Assembly: GCF_004010195.1 (NCBI RefSeq)
Contig: NC_057719.1
Span: 39,906,872-39,970,871 of the forward strand
DNA: 64,000 nt
Direction of reading: 5' to 3'
Origin: Chiloscyllium plagiosum
Lineage: Eukaryota
Position 1 is the first letter of the stretch, and each line of letters begins with the position of its first letter. The notes under the pieces are model-generated. The model ran no database searches. It saw only the letters and a program-made list of their open reading frames with translations, and was not told the DNA's origin. A program made the position numbers and the translations under genes. This document shows positions 1 to 13,410 of this stretch, in pieces.

Positions 1-273
1 TCACTCTTCACATTTATTTCGATCCCATAATCCTTTACATTTCATTTTAAATTGTGAAATGACTCTATATGACTGAGAGACCTCCATGGTATTTCAGCAA
101 TTGCTATGGATTAATTATCGCAAATCGATAATGTCTCCTCCCTGTTATAAAACTTGCATGTCACAAATTTTAGTCACATTCTTCAAATTTATCATTGCAG
201 ATTGCAAGGTTAATGCGTTAGTTGTTCAGACCATTTTAACATGTTTATTTCTACTTAATCTGTTTTTTTTAGG

Positions 274-534
274 ATGTATGACACCATGTCCACAATGGTG
301 TATTTAAAGGAAGATAAACTGGAAAAGCTGTCACAAGAAGAGATTATTGGCAAGACAAAGCAAGTGATCCAAGGACTTGAAGCCTTAAAAAATGAGCACA
401 ACTCTATTTTGCATAGCCTGCTGGAAACCCTGAAATGTCTTAAGAAAGATGATGAGATGAACTTGGTTGAAGAGAAATCCAACATGATCCGCAAGTCTCT
501 GGAAATGTTAGAACTTGGTCTCAGTGAGGCACAG
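274..534 (+). CDS. klc1: KLC1 coding exon 1 (MYDTMSTMV...GLSEAQ)
   Basis: T-rich tract, AG at 271-272, ATG at 274, donor GTAAAC at 535; 87 codons. Confidence 0.97.
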
Positions 535-817
535 GTAAACACTTCCAAACTTGTACATCAAGCTTTGTTTTGGTAAGGTACTTTGTACTACTCATGTTCT
601 TGCCAATTTACCTCAACATTAAATGTTTCCATTGGCACTGTGGAGAGGCAACAATGCCTTTGAGAAGACATAATGCTTTACTACTGGTGAAGTACTAAAT
701 TCCTTCTCTATGCTTAAATGATATTTTTGGAAGTAAGCCAGTTATCTCAAGTGGAAACTAAATCTCAGGTTATTTAATATAATTTTCATTAATTTCCAGC
801 ATGTTTTAAACCCATGT

Positions 818-1490
818 AAGAAAGTGGAGTCGCAGTTAGGTAGGATAGTGAAGAAGGTGTTTGGTATGCTTTCCTTTATTAGCCAGAGTATTGAGTACCG
901 GAGTTGGGAGGTCATGTTGTGACTGTACAGGACATTGGTTCGGCCACTGTTGGAATATTGCTTGCAATTCTGGTCTCCTTCCTATTAGAATGATGTTGTG
1001 AAACTCGAAAGGATTCAGAAAAGATTTACAAGGATGTTGCCAGAGTTGGAGGATTTGAACTATAGGGAGAGGTTGACTAGGCTGTTTCCCTTGAGCGTCG
1101 GAGGCTGAGGGGTGACCTTATAGAGGTGTATAAAATCATGAGGGGCATGGATAGGATAAAGAGACAAAGTCTTTTCCCTGATGTGGCAGAGTCCAGAACT
1201 AGAGGGCATAGGTTTAGGGTGAGAGGGAAAAGATATAAAAGAGACCGAAGGGGCAACGTTTTCATGCTGAGGGTAGTATGTGTATAGAATGAGCTGCCAG
1301 AGGAAGTGGTGGAAGCTTGTACAATTGCAACATTTAAAAGGCATTTGGATGGATATATGAAGAGGAAGGGATTGGAGAGAAATGGGGGCCACATGCTGGC
1401 AGGTGGGACTAGATTGGATTGGGATATTTGGTCGGCATGGATGAGTTGGACCGAAGTGTCTATTTCCATGCTGTACATCTCTATGATTCT
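818..1490 (+). mobile_element. CR1/HER1-type LINE, 5'-truncated 3' fragment
   Basis: Decayed ORF2 C-terminus (RPLLEYC..QFWSP, RRLRGDLIEVYKIMRG) and tail CATGCTGTACATCTCTATGATTCT. Confidence 0.9.
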
Positions 1491-1594
1491 TTTGCTGTTA
1501 AAACTCACCATGGCATGCTACTGAAACACAAGAATCATGAAAACCTTAAAACTGATTCACTCAGCATACAGCTTAACGAGGTGCAAGAGAAACA

Positions 1595-1730
1595 TACTCC
1601 TGATGAAGAGCTTATGCTCAAATCGTTGATTCTCCTGCTCCTCGGATGCTGTTTGACCAGCTGTGCTTTTCCAGCACCATACTTTTTTTTTTGACTCTGA
1701 TCATGCATCTGTAGTCCTTTTACTTCCTCT
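1595..1730 (+). mobile_element. Penelope-like pseudo-LTR fragment with decayed hammerhead motif
   Basis: CTGATGAAGAGCTTATGCTC...GATGCTG...CTGTGCTTTTCCAGCA, homologous to the copies at 14170, 18320 and 33020. Confidence 0.7.
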
Positions 1731-1864
1731 CACAAGACAAACATATGAGTCATGACCTTCAGGAGAGGAGAGGGAACAAGGAAGAAACTAGGTTTGGAAA
1801 AACATGAATTTAGATCTTCCTAACCACCTTTATCAGATCATCCATGTTACATGTAAGCTGCATA

Positions 1865-2200
1865 GAATTGTAGAATCCCTATAGTATGGAAGTAGGTGAC
1901 CCTGCCTATTGAGTCCACACTGACCATCTGAAGAATATCCTACTCACCCTACTCTATCCCTGTAATCATGCATTTCCCGTATCTAATCCACCTAGTCTGC
2001 ACATCCCTGGACACTACGGGCAACTTTGCATGGTCAATTCACTTAATCTACATGTCTTTGGACTGTGGGAGGAAACCGGAGCACCCAGCGGAAGCGGGGA
2101 GAATGTGCAAACTGCACAAAGTTGCCCAAGACTGGGATTAAACCTCGATCCCTGGCGCTGTGAGGCAGCAGTGCTAACCACTGAGCCACCATACTACCCC
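1865..2200 (-). mobile_element. HE1-type tRNA-derived V-SINE (diverged)
   Basis: Minus strand GGTGGCTCAGTGGTTAGCACTGCTGCCTCACAGCGCCAGG head, V-domain, CR1-like tail. Confidence 0.85.
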
Positions 2201-3279
2201 ATGTACTAGATATTGCAATACCTACAAACAGCAGCTGAATCTTTGAGTTATAAAAGGCCACTTTCATAGTTTATTTCCCTACTGTGTGCAGATGCTATTA
2301 GACAGAATTTCTTTAGCAACCCAGCCTGATTCACTCACTGTCATCTTGGTTTGAACAAGATTTTCTTCTAAGAGTTCAAAGTCAACTATTCTGAGTTGGA
2401 GGCCATGGTGTGAGGTCTGACCCACTCTTGTCATTTGCTTTCTTCATTCCAAGCCTATCCTTGCACTCAGCCTGTAGGACCTCAAGACTATTTTTCTTTT
2501 TGTGTTGAGGAATATTTGCAACAATATAAATTGTTGACATTCTTTACCTTGGTTAATTTTTTTTCACTCATGGGATATTTTTCTCGATATTTGCACGACA
2601 GATGATATTTTTACTGCATATTAAAGCCCTTAGTATATATTTACAGATTCCTCCTTTGACTGTTATACTTTCAGATCATTGCAAATGCAAATAGGCATTC
2701 TGTTCAACAAGAAAGAAGGGAAATTCCATATTTGGAATTCTAACCTTGGGTACTTAGGAAGGCAGGTGCTCCCAAACTGCCTCAGTAATTTAAAATGTCA
2801 TAATTCTTAACAAACCATACGTTTAACTCCAGTTCAAGCTAGAGAACAAACATCCAATATCAAGTGAAATGTAGCCAATTTTTTTTTTGGTGAAAAGTTA
2901 TGACTGGAACTGGTTCGCAAGATTTCCTTCATAACCCATCATGGCATGTGACATTGTTAGTAATGATAACCAACCAGCTTGCATAACACTTTTCTGTACC
3001 CCATTTATATCAGCTTTTCACCATTATTATTCTCTTATTCATAACAGCAATCCTAATCAAGTCAGAGGAGTGCAAACTTATCTTTCTCATATTTCTTAAA
3101 AGATGAAAGATTGGCAATGGCCAAAGAGGCCTACATATATATTTTTAACTTACTTGTTTAGATGTATTATGATATACCTGTGGAGCAGGTGGAATTTGAA
3201 TCTAGGATGCTGGCCCACACAAAAGGACACTAGCCCTACACCATGAGATCCTTAAGGGGCATAAGTTTATAAATAATTT

Positions 3280-3830
3280 GTAAGACACAAAGCTAATAAG
3301 CAGGTACAACAAGCAATTAGGAAGGCATACTGTATGCTGGCCTTTATCACAAGATGATGAGAGTACAAGACAAAGATGTTTTTCTTCAATCATATCAAAC
3401 CTTGGTGAGAACATACAGGATTATTGTTGCTACCTTGGTTCCCCTTCCTTTAGGAAAAATAAACTTGCTATAGAGGCAGTGCAGCAGAGGTTCACGAGAC
3501 TCATTTCTGCACTAACTGGACTGTCCTTTGAGGACAATGGTCTTACATTTTCTGGAGAGTGATGTAATTGGAATGTGAAATTATGTACAGAATGGATGCA
3601 GAAAAGATGTTTTTTTTTGGGGTTACATGATGAAGGAGGAGAATGAGGAGTAAAGGGGGCACAATCTCAGAATAATGGACAAGCCATTTTGGACTAAAAT
3701 GAGGAAGACTATAATTCACTTGGATAGTGAATCTTTGGAACATTCTACTCCGATGTAATATGGTCATTGAATATGCTCAGCAGGTAAGCGGTGAATGTCC
3801 TATCCCATTCCTAAGTCTGATATTCTAAAG
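3280..3830 (+). mobile_element. Old CR1-type LINE 3' fragment
   Basis: Degenerate AIRKA..MLAFI and QRRFTRL-like segments. Confidence 0.6.
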
Positions 3831-4315
3831 GTCCCCTAATCAACAGTTGCCATTATTGGCTTTGCTGTGATTTACTAAATTAGGAGACACGCAAACTCAC
3901 TTTATAACATATGACCAACTTGAGATTAAACTTTTTAATTTGAGGACAGATTTCAAACTTTGTTTCTGAGAGTTGTCAAGCATGATTTTTTTCTCAATAC
4001 TCATATATCTCTTGTGAAATTACAATGAAGTATTAAATGCATACATTTTCATATATAGCACAGAAATATATGTTGTGTAGCTTGCAGAAAATTGAATGTT
4101 CATAACTTAGGATTTCATCTAACCCAAGATGTGAATTATGTACATTATCAATTTTCCCTTGGTTCATAAAGGAAAATCGTCTTTGCACTAAAACTTGAAA
4201 ATTAATTTAAAATGTTAGAATTATCACAAAATTGGGCAACAAAGTTAAAAGATTGGATCTCTTTTGCATTTGGGATGTTGAAAATATTATGTAATTTTAC
4301 CGTGGGCATTATAAA

Positions 4316-4600
4316 CCTGAGTATTGCTGAAAAAAGACATTTTGTTGGAGCTGTTGTCTTGCATTCATCAGGACATTTGCAAGAAAGGAGGAACAATGTT
4401 TTATAGCTTAGCAGTTAACTGTTAGTTGTCATCTAACTTTGTGTTTTCTCTATGACACTGCCTCCGCCAAAGTCCACTTGCTAACCAAAAAATGCACACT
4501 TCGCTTAACATCATAAGATGTTCTTCCCCTTTCTATTTTGGTATTTTTGCAAATATCTTGACCCTAAAACACCAAGCTTCAACAATGTTTTTTTTTGTGA
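4316..4600. mobile_element. Old Penelope-like remnant with inverted terminus (family also at 22430-22800)
   Basis: 4316-4390 is the reverse complement of the 22735-22800 terminus and reads CTGATGAATGCAAGAC on the minus strand; a forward copy follows to about 4600. Confidence 0.5.
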
Positions 4601-4692
4601 GGTGTGCATTATAGTTACATATTTACTCTCTTAAAGTAATTTTTAAAATTTAAAATGCTGTTTTATAGATTTTTGGAAAATAGTTACAGTAA

Positions 4693-5001
<309 letters not shown>

Positions 5002-5244
5002 TAGTAGGTTTCACCTTATTCAGTGTCGCTTACACATAATTACCTCTTTTGGCTAAACTTTTTCACTTCTCTTACCTCCAACACACAGCAATTTAATGAG
5101 ATAAATATGTGTATTTAACATTATCCATTATGCTTTTGCAACTAATAATTTTCCCTACTGATTAATTTATATTGATCTGTTAAAGCAAAGCTACCAGAGT
5201 TCAAAGTTTTGCAAATGCCACTATTATCAGCATAAAATAAGGTC

Positions 5245-5340
5245 ATTAGAAATAAAAGCTAGAGAAACTCAGCAGGTCTGGCAGCACATGTGAAGAGAGA
5301 AACAGAGTTAATATCTTAAGTTTGATATGACTTCTGTTGG
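5245..5340 (-). mobile_element. Penelope-like pseudo-LTR tail fragment
   Basis: AAACTCAGCAGGTCTGGCAGCA...GAGAGAAACAGAGTTAA, same type as 25922-26022. Confidence 0.55.
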
Positions 5341-5342
5341 GA

Positions 5343-6410
5343 AGAGATGATTAGCGATATACAGCAGGGAAACAGAACCTTCGGTCCAACTCGTCCAAGC
5401 GGACAGATATCCTAAACAAAAACTAGTGCCACTTGTCAGCATTTGACTGTATCTCTCTTAAACCCTTCCTACTCTTATACCCATCCAGATGCCTTTTTAA
5501 ATGTTGTAATTGTACCAATCTCCATCACTTCCCTGGCAGCCCATTCCATACATACACCACCCTCTGGGTGAAGAAGTTGCCCCTTAGATCCCTTTAAATC
5601 TTTGCCCTCTCACCTATGCCCTTTAGTTTTTGACTCCACCACCCCAGGGAAAAGACTTTATCTGTTTACCCTTTGCATGCCCCTCATGATTTTATAAACC
5701 TCCATAAGGTCAGCCCTCAGCCTTCAATGCTCCAGGGAAATCTGCCCCAGTCTATTTTGCCTCTCCCTCAAGCTCAAACCCTCCAACCCTGACAACATCC
5801 TTGGAAGTTTTTTCTGAACCATTTCAAGTTTCACAACATCCTTCCTGTAGCAGGGAGACCAGAATTGCACGGTATTCTATTAGTGGCCTAAACAATGTTC
5901 TGTACAGTCACAGCATAACCTCCCAACTCCCATACTCAAAGCACTGACTAATGAAAGCAAGCATACCAAATGCCTCCTCCACTATCCTATGAGCCTTTAC
6001 TTCCAAGGAACTATGAGCCTGCACTCCAAGGTTTCTTTGTTCAGCAGCACTTCCCAGGACCTTCCCATTAAGTGTACAAGTCCCGCTCTAATTTGCCTTT
6101 CTAAAATGCTGTACCTCGCATTCATCTAAATTAAACTCCATCTGCCACTCCTCAGCCCACTGGCCCATGTGATCAAGATCCCCTTGTACTTTAAGGTAAC
6201 CTCCTTTGCTGTCCACTACACCTCCAATTTTGGTATCATCTGCAAATTTACTAACCATACCTCCTATGTTCACATCCAAATCATTTATTTAAATGACAAA
6301 GGCAGTGGATCCAGCACTGATTCTTGTGGCACATGTCGGCCACAGGCCCCCAGTTTGAAAAGCAACTGTCCACCACCACCACCACCACCACCACCACCAT
6401 CTGTCTTCGC
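5343..6410 (-). mobile_element. CR1/HER1-type LINE 3' fragment
   Basis: Minus ORF with SKFADDTKIGG and WQMEFN; 3' tail near 5345. Confidence 0.9.
6371..6399. repeat. (CCA)n microsatellite
   Basis: About 9 CCA units. Confidence 0.9.
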
Positions 6411-6760
6411 GCCAGTTCTGTAAATGGCAGAATAGTCCTAATCCTTTCCTTCACTCTTAGACCTGCATCCGACATTGTAAGCTGTTTAATTGGGGGAATC
6501 TATCTCTTGAACTGCTTTAATACTGATAAAATACCTGACATTACGTTAATTCAATAACCTCCAATTTTATTTCACTTTCTATTAACCGGGCGAAGATAAT
6601 TCAAGTTGCTGAAAAGCATCGAATATATGAGTATTCGGACCCAGTTGGGGTTAACTTTTAACTGCATACATCAACATTAATCATTTCACGTTTATTTACT
6701 TTGAGAAATTTAGGTAGTGTCCTTATAGATAATGTGTATTTTTTTTAATAAATTGTACAG

Positions 6761-6839
6761 GAGGACAAGGATACTGATTCATCCAAAGAACCATTAGATG
6801 ACCTTTTCCCAAATGAAGATGATGAAGCAGGACAGGGAA
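6761..6839 (+). CDS. klc1: KLC1 coding exon 3 (EDKDTDSSKEPLDDLFPNEDDEAGQG), acidic LFP autoinhibitory linker
   Basis: CAG ends 6760, donor GTAAGT at 6840; 79 nt. Confidence 0.95.
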
Positions 6840-8629
6840 GTAAGTGTTCAGAAAGATCTAGAAATGTGTATATACATCTTGTCATTTAATAATTTTGTAA
6901 TGAAAATTGTGAGTTTCTTAAAATTACAAATTTAATTTTAATAGTTAAAGTATTAAAATTCCTCCATTGTCTTCAGCTTGACATTTAAAAATAAATATAT
7001 TTCATAGACTTTTTAAATTAATTGTAATAGGCAAAAGATGGACATTCATCTGTAGATGATTCAAAATCATTGACTTGATGTTTAGGACCAGCTTCCATAA
7101 CTGATGTATTTGACAGTTTGGCATTTATCTTGAGATTCTCCAGTATTACTTTTGAAGATGCCTTGGTAATAAAGCCCAAATTTTGTTAGAATTGGCTTGG
7201 CACACAATTAGGAGCATAGGGACATACAAATTTAATTTGTGTTTAAATTTTAGACTAACTAATGCATGGAATGCATAGTATTTAATTTACCTCTTGATTG
7301 ACTAGTCGGTTTTGTGACTTGAATTGTAATCCATGTGTTCTCAACTGTGCTATTATGCAAATTGTACTAAGGGATGGTATACAACGTAATGTCTATGTTC
7401 AGAAATGGAGAAGATAAATGAAATATTTATAAACTGTCTTTTTGAAACGTTATTTGGCTCCTGACCTTGGTCATGAATGACATCTCTACTAATGGATAAA
7501 AAACATCTATCTCCATTTATCCCCAGTAATTTCATTCTCCATCTCAATCCATCATGTTCTTCCTCCTTGGAGTGGACTACCTGCTTATTTTCTTGAAATA
7601 TTGCCCTCCATGTAAACTTTTGTCTTCACAAGTTCTCTTTTGTACTGATCAACTCAAGTGGTGTGTTAGTCTCACTTTCTCAGTTGTGGATAAGATTATC
7701 TCTGATCACTTCTTTGCATGACTCACCACCCACATTCCAGTTACATGCCCAAACCTCACCACTTTTGTTATCCATCTGTACAAAAAAAACTATTCAACCA
7801 ATGAATTTCGAATTGCTTTTTCAAATTAGGAATTGTCTAACCCTTGTTCCTCCAGTAGCTACATCAGCTCTGCAGTTGGTCATTTGCTCAAATGCATCAT
7901 TACCTCCATCTTTGCCCTAGGGAACTCCAGGTGCTTTTATCCAATAGGTGTGAGCTTCTTGCTCCCTGTACAAAAGAGGAGGAAGCCTTCTGGGTCGATG
8001 AGTAAACTGGGGGTTTATAGCATTGAGGTGCGGACCGTGATTCAAGTTGGAGAGTAAAGAGGAGCGTTATATTAATAAGCAGTTACTTAAAGAAATAGAC
8101 ATTGTTTTCTGCAACTGAGACCATCACTGAAGAAGTGACAACAGAAGATTTAAACAACAATATGATTAGGCACAGTTATTATTTGTACAAAGGAAAAATT
8201 CTGATTGGCAATCTGTTAAGAGTTCATTGTTTTCCCAAAAATCTAGTCTTGTATGTATTTAGCATTTAATTGAAATTTATTCTTTAAATTTCTTTCAGAC
8301 TTGGGCAGGAATACACAAGATTTCTACGAGAAAGCAGTTATTAGTTAATTGGTTTGCTAGTTTAAACTAGTTTCTTCAGCTGCACCAGAGCTGACTCTGA
8401 GTCTCTATTAGGATAAATTCTAGGGTTGGAATGCAGCTGGTAGTGGATTGTGACTTGTTCTGAATGAAAAGCTGGAGTTTGGTGAGTGAGAGATCTCTAC
8501 CTATTTCACCCTTCACCATTTGGACTATTCTTTGTTACAGTGGAATAAGTTGATTATTCCATAACTGATAACTTTACAAACCATTGATAAGTAGAATAAC
8601 TTAAGATATGGTAGGGCAACTTGACTGAG

Positions 8630-9570
8630 TGAACATGCTAATCAGGAGAAAGTGGTTGAGCCGATCCATCATTCAATAAGATCTTGGATGATGTGATTAT
8701 TCCGCATTCCTGTTTACCCCCGTAATCTTGTAATCCTTTGCTGATCAAGAATCTATTCACTCTGCCTAAAATTTTTCAAAGGCTTTGCTTCTAGCACCTT
8801 TGCAGGAGGAAAATTCTCCCTATTGCTGTCTTAAATGTTGACCCCTTATTTTTAAATAGTGGCACCCAGTTATAGATTCAGTCATGAGAAAACACTTTTT
8901 TCCATATGAACCCTTTTATGACCCGTCAGGATTTATTTTTTTTAGAGAGATTGTCTCTTACTCTAGCAAAACAAGCCGAGCCTGTCCAACCTTTCCCAGT
9001 AAGACAACCTGTCTTTTCTTGGTATTAAGTCTAGTAAACCTGTGAACTATTTTCAATGCATTTATAGCTTCCTTAGACAAGAAAACCAATTCTGTACAAG
9101 CGTACTTCGTATGTGGTCTTGCCAGTGTGTTGTAAAACTGAATTACAACTTCCAACATTTTATCCACGACAAGTGATAACATTCTAACCTTTTGCAATTC
9201 ATGCACAAAGACATTCTGCTTCATTTGCATTCCTGAACTCTGCAAACTCTCTCCGTTTGCATCTTATTCTTGTTGCCAAAACAGGCAATTTTGTACTTAC
9301 CATGTTGTACTCCATTCATAAGCCCTGTGTTCAGCCATTTAAGTTCTCTATATTTCTTTATAGCCTCTTTGTCCTCTTCACAACCTACTTTCCTACTTAT
9401 CTTTGTAATTAGCAAACTTTGCAATGATATCTTTGGTTTGTTCTGATCCCTGTGGCAGATCATTTGTCACACCTCGTCAAGCATAAAATGACTCATTTAT
9501 GCAATTGTTTTCTGCCAGCTGGCCAGTCTTCTCTGTGGGCTCCTGCACTATGATGTGCTTCAATAGTTTA
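8630..9570 (-). mobile_element. Old CR1-type LINE fragment
   Basis: Minus ORFs with YNTLARPH..Y and TKISRKVGCEED. Confidence 0.65.
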
Positions 9571-9583
9571 GTTGAACGGTGTT

Positions 9584-11337
9584 CATAGAGTCAGAGAGAT
9601 GTACAGCACGGAAATAGACCCTTTGGTCCAACTCATCCATGCTGACCAGATATCCCAACCCAATCTAGTCCCACCTGCCAGCATGTGGCCCATATTCCTC
9701 CAAACCCTTCCTATTCATATACCCATCCAGATGTCTTTTAAATGTTGCAATTGTACTAGCCTCCACCACTTCCTCTGGCAGCTCATTCCATACACGTACT
9801 ACCCTCTGCATGAAAAAGTTGCCCCTTCGGTCTCTTTTATGTCTTTTCCCCCCTCACCCTAAACCTAAGGCCCTCTAGTTCTGGACTCCCCCACTCCAGA
9901 GAAAATACCTTGTCTATTTACCCTATCCATGCCCCTCATGATTTTATAAACCTCTATAAGGTCACCCCTCAGCCTGCGATGCTCAAGGGAAAACAGCCCT
10001 AGCCTATTCAACCTCTCCCTATAGTTCAAATCCACCAATCCTGGCAACATCCTTGTAAATCTTTTCTGAACCCTTTCAAGTTTCGCAACATCTTTCTGAT
10101 AGGAAGAAGACCAGAATTGCACGCAATATTCCAACAGTGGCCTAACCAATGTCCTGTACAGCTGCAATATGACCTCCCAACTCCTGTACTCAATACTCTG
10201 TTCAATAAAGGAAAGCATATCAAATGCCGCCTTCACTATCCTATCTATCTGCGACTCCACTTTCAAGGAGCTATGAACTGCATTCCAAAGTCTCTTTTTT
10301 TCAGCAACATTCAAGAGGACCTTACCATAAAGTGTATAAGTCCTGCTAAGATTTGCTTTCCAAAAATGCAGCACCTCGCATTTATCTAAATTGAACTCCA
10401 TCTGCCACTTCTCAGTCCATTGGCCCATCTGGTCCAGATCCCATTGTAATCTGAGGTAACCTCCTTCATTGTCCACTACACCACCAATTTTGGTGTCATT
10501 TGCAAACTTATTAAGTATACCTCTTATGCTCACTTCCAGACCATTTATATAAATGATTAAAAAGTTCTGGACCCAGCACCGATCCTTGTGGCACTCCACT
10601 GGTCACAGGCCTCCAGTCTGAAAAACAACCCTCCACCACTATCCTCTGTCTTCTACCTTTGAGCCAGTTCTGTATCCAAATGGCTAGTTCTCCCTTTATT
10701 CCATGAAATCTAACCTTGCTAACCCGTCTCCTATGGAGAATCTAGTTGAGCGCCTTACTGAAGTCCATATAGATCATGTCCACCAATCTGCCCTCATCGA
10801 TCCTCTTCGTTACTTCTTCAAAAACTCAAGTCTGCGAGACATGATTTCCCATGTACAAAGCCATGTTGACTATCCCTAATCAGTCCTTGCCTTTCCAGAT
10901 ACATCCTGTACCTCAGGATTCCTTCCAACAGCTTGCCCACCACTGACGTTAGGCTCACTAGTTTATAGTTCCCTGGCTTGTCCTTATCTCCTTTCTTAAA
11001 CAATGGCACCATGTTAGCCAACCTCCAGACTTCCAGCACCTCACCTGTGACTATCGATGATACAAATATCTCAGCAAGAGGCCCAGCGACCACCTCCCTA
11101 GCTTCCACAGAGTTCTAGGGTACACCTGACCAGGTCCTGGGGATTTATCCACTTTTATGCGTTTCAAGACATCCAACACTTCCTCCTCTGTAATATGGAC
11201 ATTTTTCAAGATGTCACCATCTATTTCACTTAATTCTATATTTTCCCCGTCCTTTTCCACAGTAAACACTGATGCAAAATACTCGTTTAGTATTTCCCCA
11301 TCTCCTGTGGCTCCACACAGAGGTTGCCTTGCTGATC
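9584..11337 (-). mobile_element. CR1/HER1-type LINE, about 1.75 kb 5'-truncated copy with RT domain remnants
   Basis: ORFs 9865-10599 (KFANDTKIGG, RPLLEYCVQFWS, RGDLIEVYKIM), 10818-11108 (VPLFKKG..PGNY) and 11051-11269 (KSPGP); tail at 9584. Confidence 0.93.
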
Positions 11338-11971
11338 AATTGAAGATTTAAAAGTCCCTGATCCAATCTGAGTTTTGACAGAACCTCTGGGCCATTAAGG
11401 TCTGGGTTCAAATCCCACCTGCAGATATTGCCACATTCTGTGAGCAAGATGATTTAAGATATCTACCCGTGACCGTGAGATCTTATTTTCCACAATAGCC
11501 TATGATATGACATTTTATGGTTCTCCTTTATTCAACGCATGTCATTCTTTTTGAAAGAACTTGATTGATTAAACACAATTTTCCTTTAACAAAACCATTT
11601 TCACTCTACTGTATTACCTTGAACTGTTCTAAGTTCACCCCTAAATATCTTTCATCATAGCTTCTAATAACTTCACTATGATAAGCTTTTAGCTTTACTT
11701 TAGATCCTTTATTCAAAAATGAAGCAATTTACTACTTTCAAATCTAATGGAAAATTTCCTGAATCAGAGAGTTTTGTAAAGGCCAACACATGAACTATCT
11801 TGTTAGCCATTTCTTCTAAGGTCCCAGAATGAAGTTCATCACGATCCAGGGACTTGGCAGCTCATACTTCCAACAATTTTTAAAAAAACAAAAATCTTTC
11901 GTATGATATGGTCATTAGTAGTTAAGCAAGCATTTATTGCCTATCGCTGATTGTCCTAGGGAGAGTGATTT

Positions 11972-12845
11972 TGAAAACAAGTAGTGCTGGAGATCGCAGC
12001 GGATCAGACAGCATCCGTGGAGAGATGATTCTTCATCAGAGCTGAAGTGAAATGTGGAGGGGACAGCATTTATGCTATAGCTTGGTGGGGGTGGGGATGG
12101 TGGGAACGTTACGGGAGTGCAGTGTGGGAATAGTGGTTGTATGGTAATGGTGGAGAAAAAATGTTGATAGTTCAAATTAGGTGATTGGAATGTGAGAATA
12201 GCAGAACAATAGTTTGTCTCCTGCCAGACTTGAAAGCACAGACAGTCCCACTGGGATGATGACTGTTTTGCGGAACACCTCTGGTCCATGCGTAAGCATG
12301 ACTATGAGCAGGTCATTTTAACAGTGTCCTGCTCGCATGCTCACATTTCTGTCCTCAGCATGCTGCTGTGTTCCAGTGAATTGCAGCACACACTGGAGGA
12401 ACAACATCTGATCTTCAAACGAGGCACTTTACAACCTTCTGGACTTAATATTGAATTCAACACCTTTTAAATTGTGAATCATTTCTTCCCTTTTTGTTAG
12501 CTTGTTACATTCTGTTATCGTGTGTGTGTGTGTGTGTCTCATTTCCTCCTCCCACCCTCCTCATCCCCACCCAAATCACAGTGGCACTGTTTGTCTTTTC
12601 AAGTCTGGCGAGAGACACACCTTTGCTCTGCTGTTCACACATCTGATCACTTGATCTGAAATATCGATATCTTTCTTTCACCAGCACCCTACACCCAAAG
12701 TCACCTCCTCTTTCCACATTATAGCATAAATGCTGTCCCCTCCTCGCTTCAGCTCTGATGATGAGTCATTTACACTCAATGTTAGCTTGCTCCCTCTCCA
12801 TGGTTGCTCTCTGACTCCCTGATCTCACGCATTTGTTGTTTTCAG
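11972..12845 (+). mobile_element. Penelope-like element (second family): inverted pLTR, GIY-YIG C-terminal remnant and pLTR
   Basis: 12272-12470 encodes FAEHL...LEEQHLIFKRGTLQPSGLNIEF; 11972-12265 and 12560-12845 are diverged inverted repeats with CTGATGA motifs. Confidence 0.75.
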
Positions 12846-12899
12846 TACATAATGAAGCATCTATAGTAATTTGTTCCTACAGAGATTGGTGTTGAGTTT

Positions 12900-13080
12900 T
12901 TTTTTAACTGCTGCATCTTTGGTTGTTGGCATACCTGCAAAGCTGTTAGGAAGGGAATTTCAGGATTGTGACCCAGCAATAGTAAAGAAGCAGTGATATT
13001 GTTCCAAGTCAGCATGGTGTATGGCTTGGGGGCTGTTTGTAGATCTAGGTGTCCCAAATTTACTTGCTACCATTTCCCTG
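12900..13080 (-). mobile_element. 3' tail of an APE-RT LINE or its partner SINE (continues at about 11915-11970, split by the PLE)
   Basis: Minus strand CATGCTGACTTGGAACAATATCACTGCTTCTTTACTATTGCTGGGTCACAATCCTGAAATTCCCTTCCTAACAGC. Confidence 0.5.
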
Positions 13081-13094
13081 GTGATCATAAATTT

Positions 13095-13410
13095 GATTAG
13101 ATTAGATTACTTTACAGTGTGGAAACAGGCCCTTCGGCCCAACAAGTCCACACCGACCCGCCGAAGCGCAAACCACCCATACCCCTACATTTACCCCTTA
13201 CCTAACATTAGGGACAATTTAACATGGCCAATTCACCTAATCTGCACATCTTTGTGACTGTGGGAGGAAACCGGAGCTCCCGGAGGAAACCCACGCAAAC
13301 ACGGGGAGAATGTGCAAACTCCACACAGTCAGTCGCCTGAGGCGGGAATTGAACCCGGGTCTCTGGCGCTGCGAGGCAGCAGTGCTAACCACTGTGCCAC
13401 CGTGCCGCCC
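13095..13410 (-). mobile_element. HE1-type V-SINE, young full-length copy with 8-bp TSD
   Basis: Intact A/B boxes (GGCACAGTGG, GGTTCAATTCC), (AATCT)n tail, ATAAATTT at 13087-13094 and 13411-13418. Confidence 0.92.

Noticed and set aside
6169..6557. ORFs with poly-P, poly-T and poly-V runs
   Set aside because: Frames of the (CCA)n microsatellite at the CR1 edge.
9865..10599. 244-aa reverse transcriptase-like ORF as a functional gene
   Set aside because: 5'-truncated CR1 with frameshifts and stops, and catalytic ADD changed to AND.
13330..13410. tRNA genes (also near 2130-2200, 14340, 27090-27163, 45478)
   Set aside because: A/B boxes are SINE heads continuing into repeat bodies; no complete cloverleaf.
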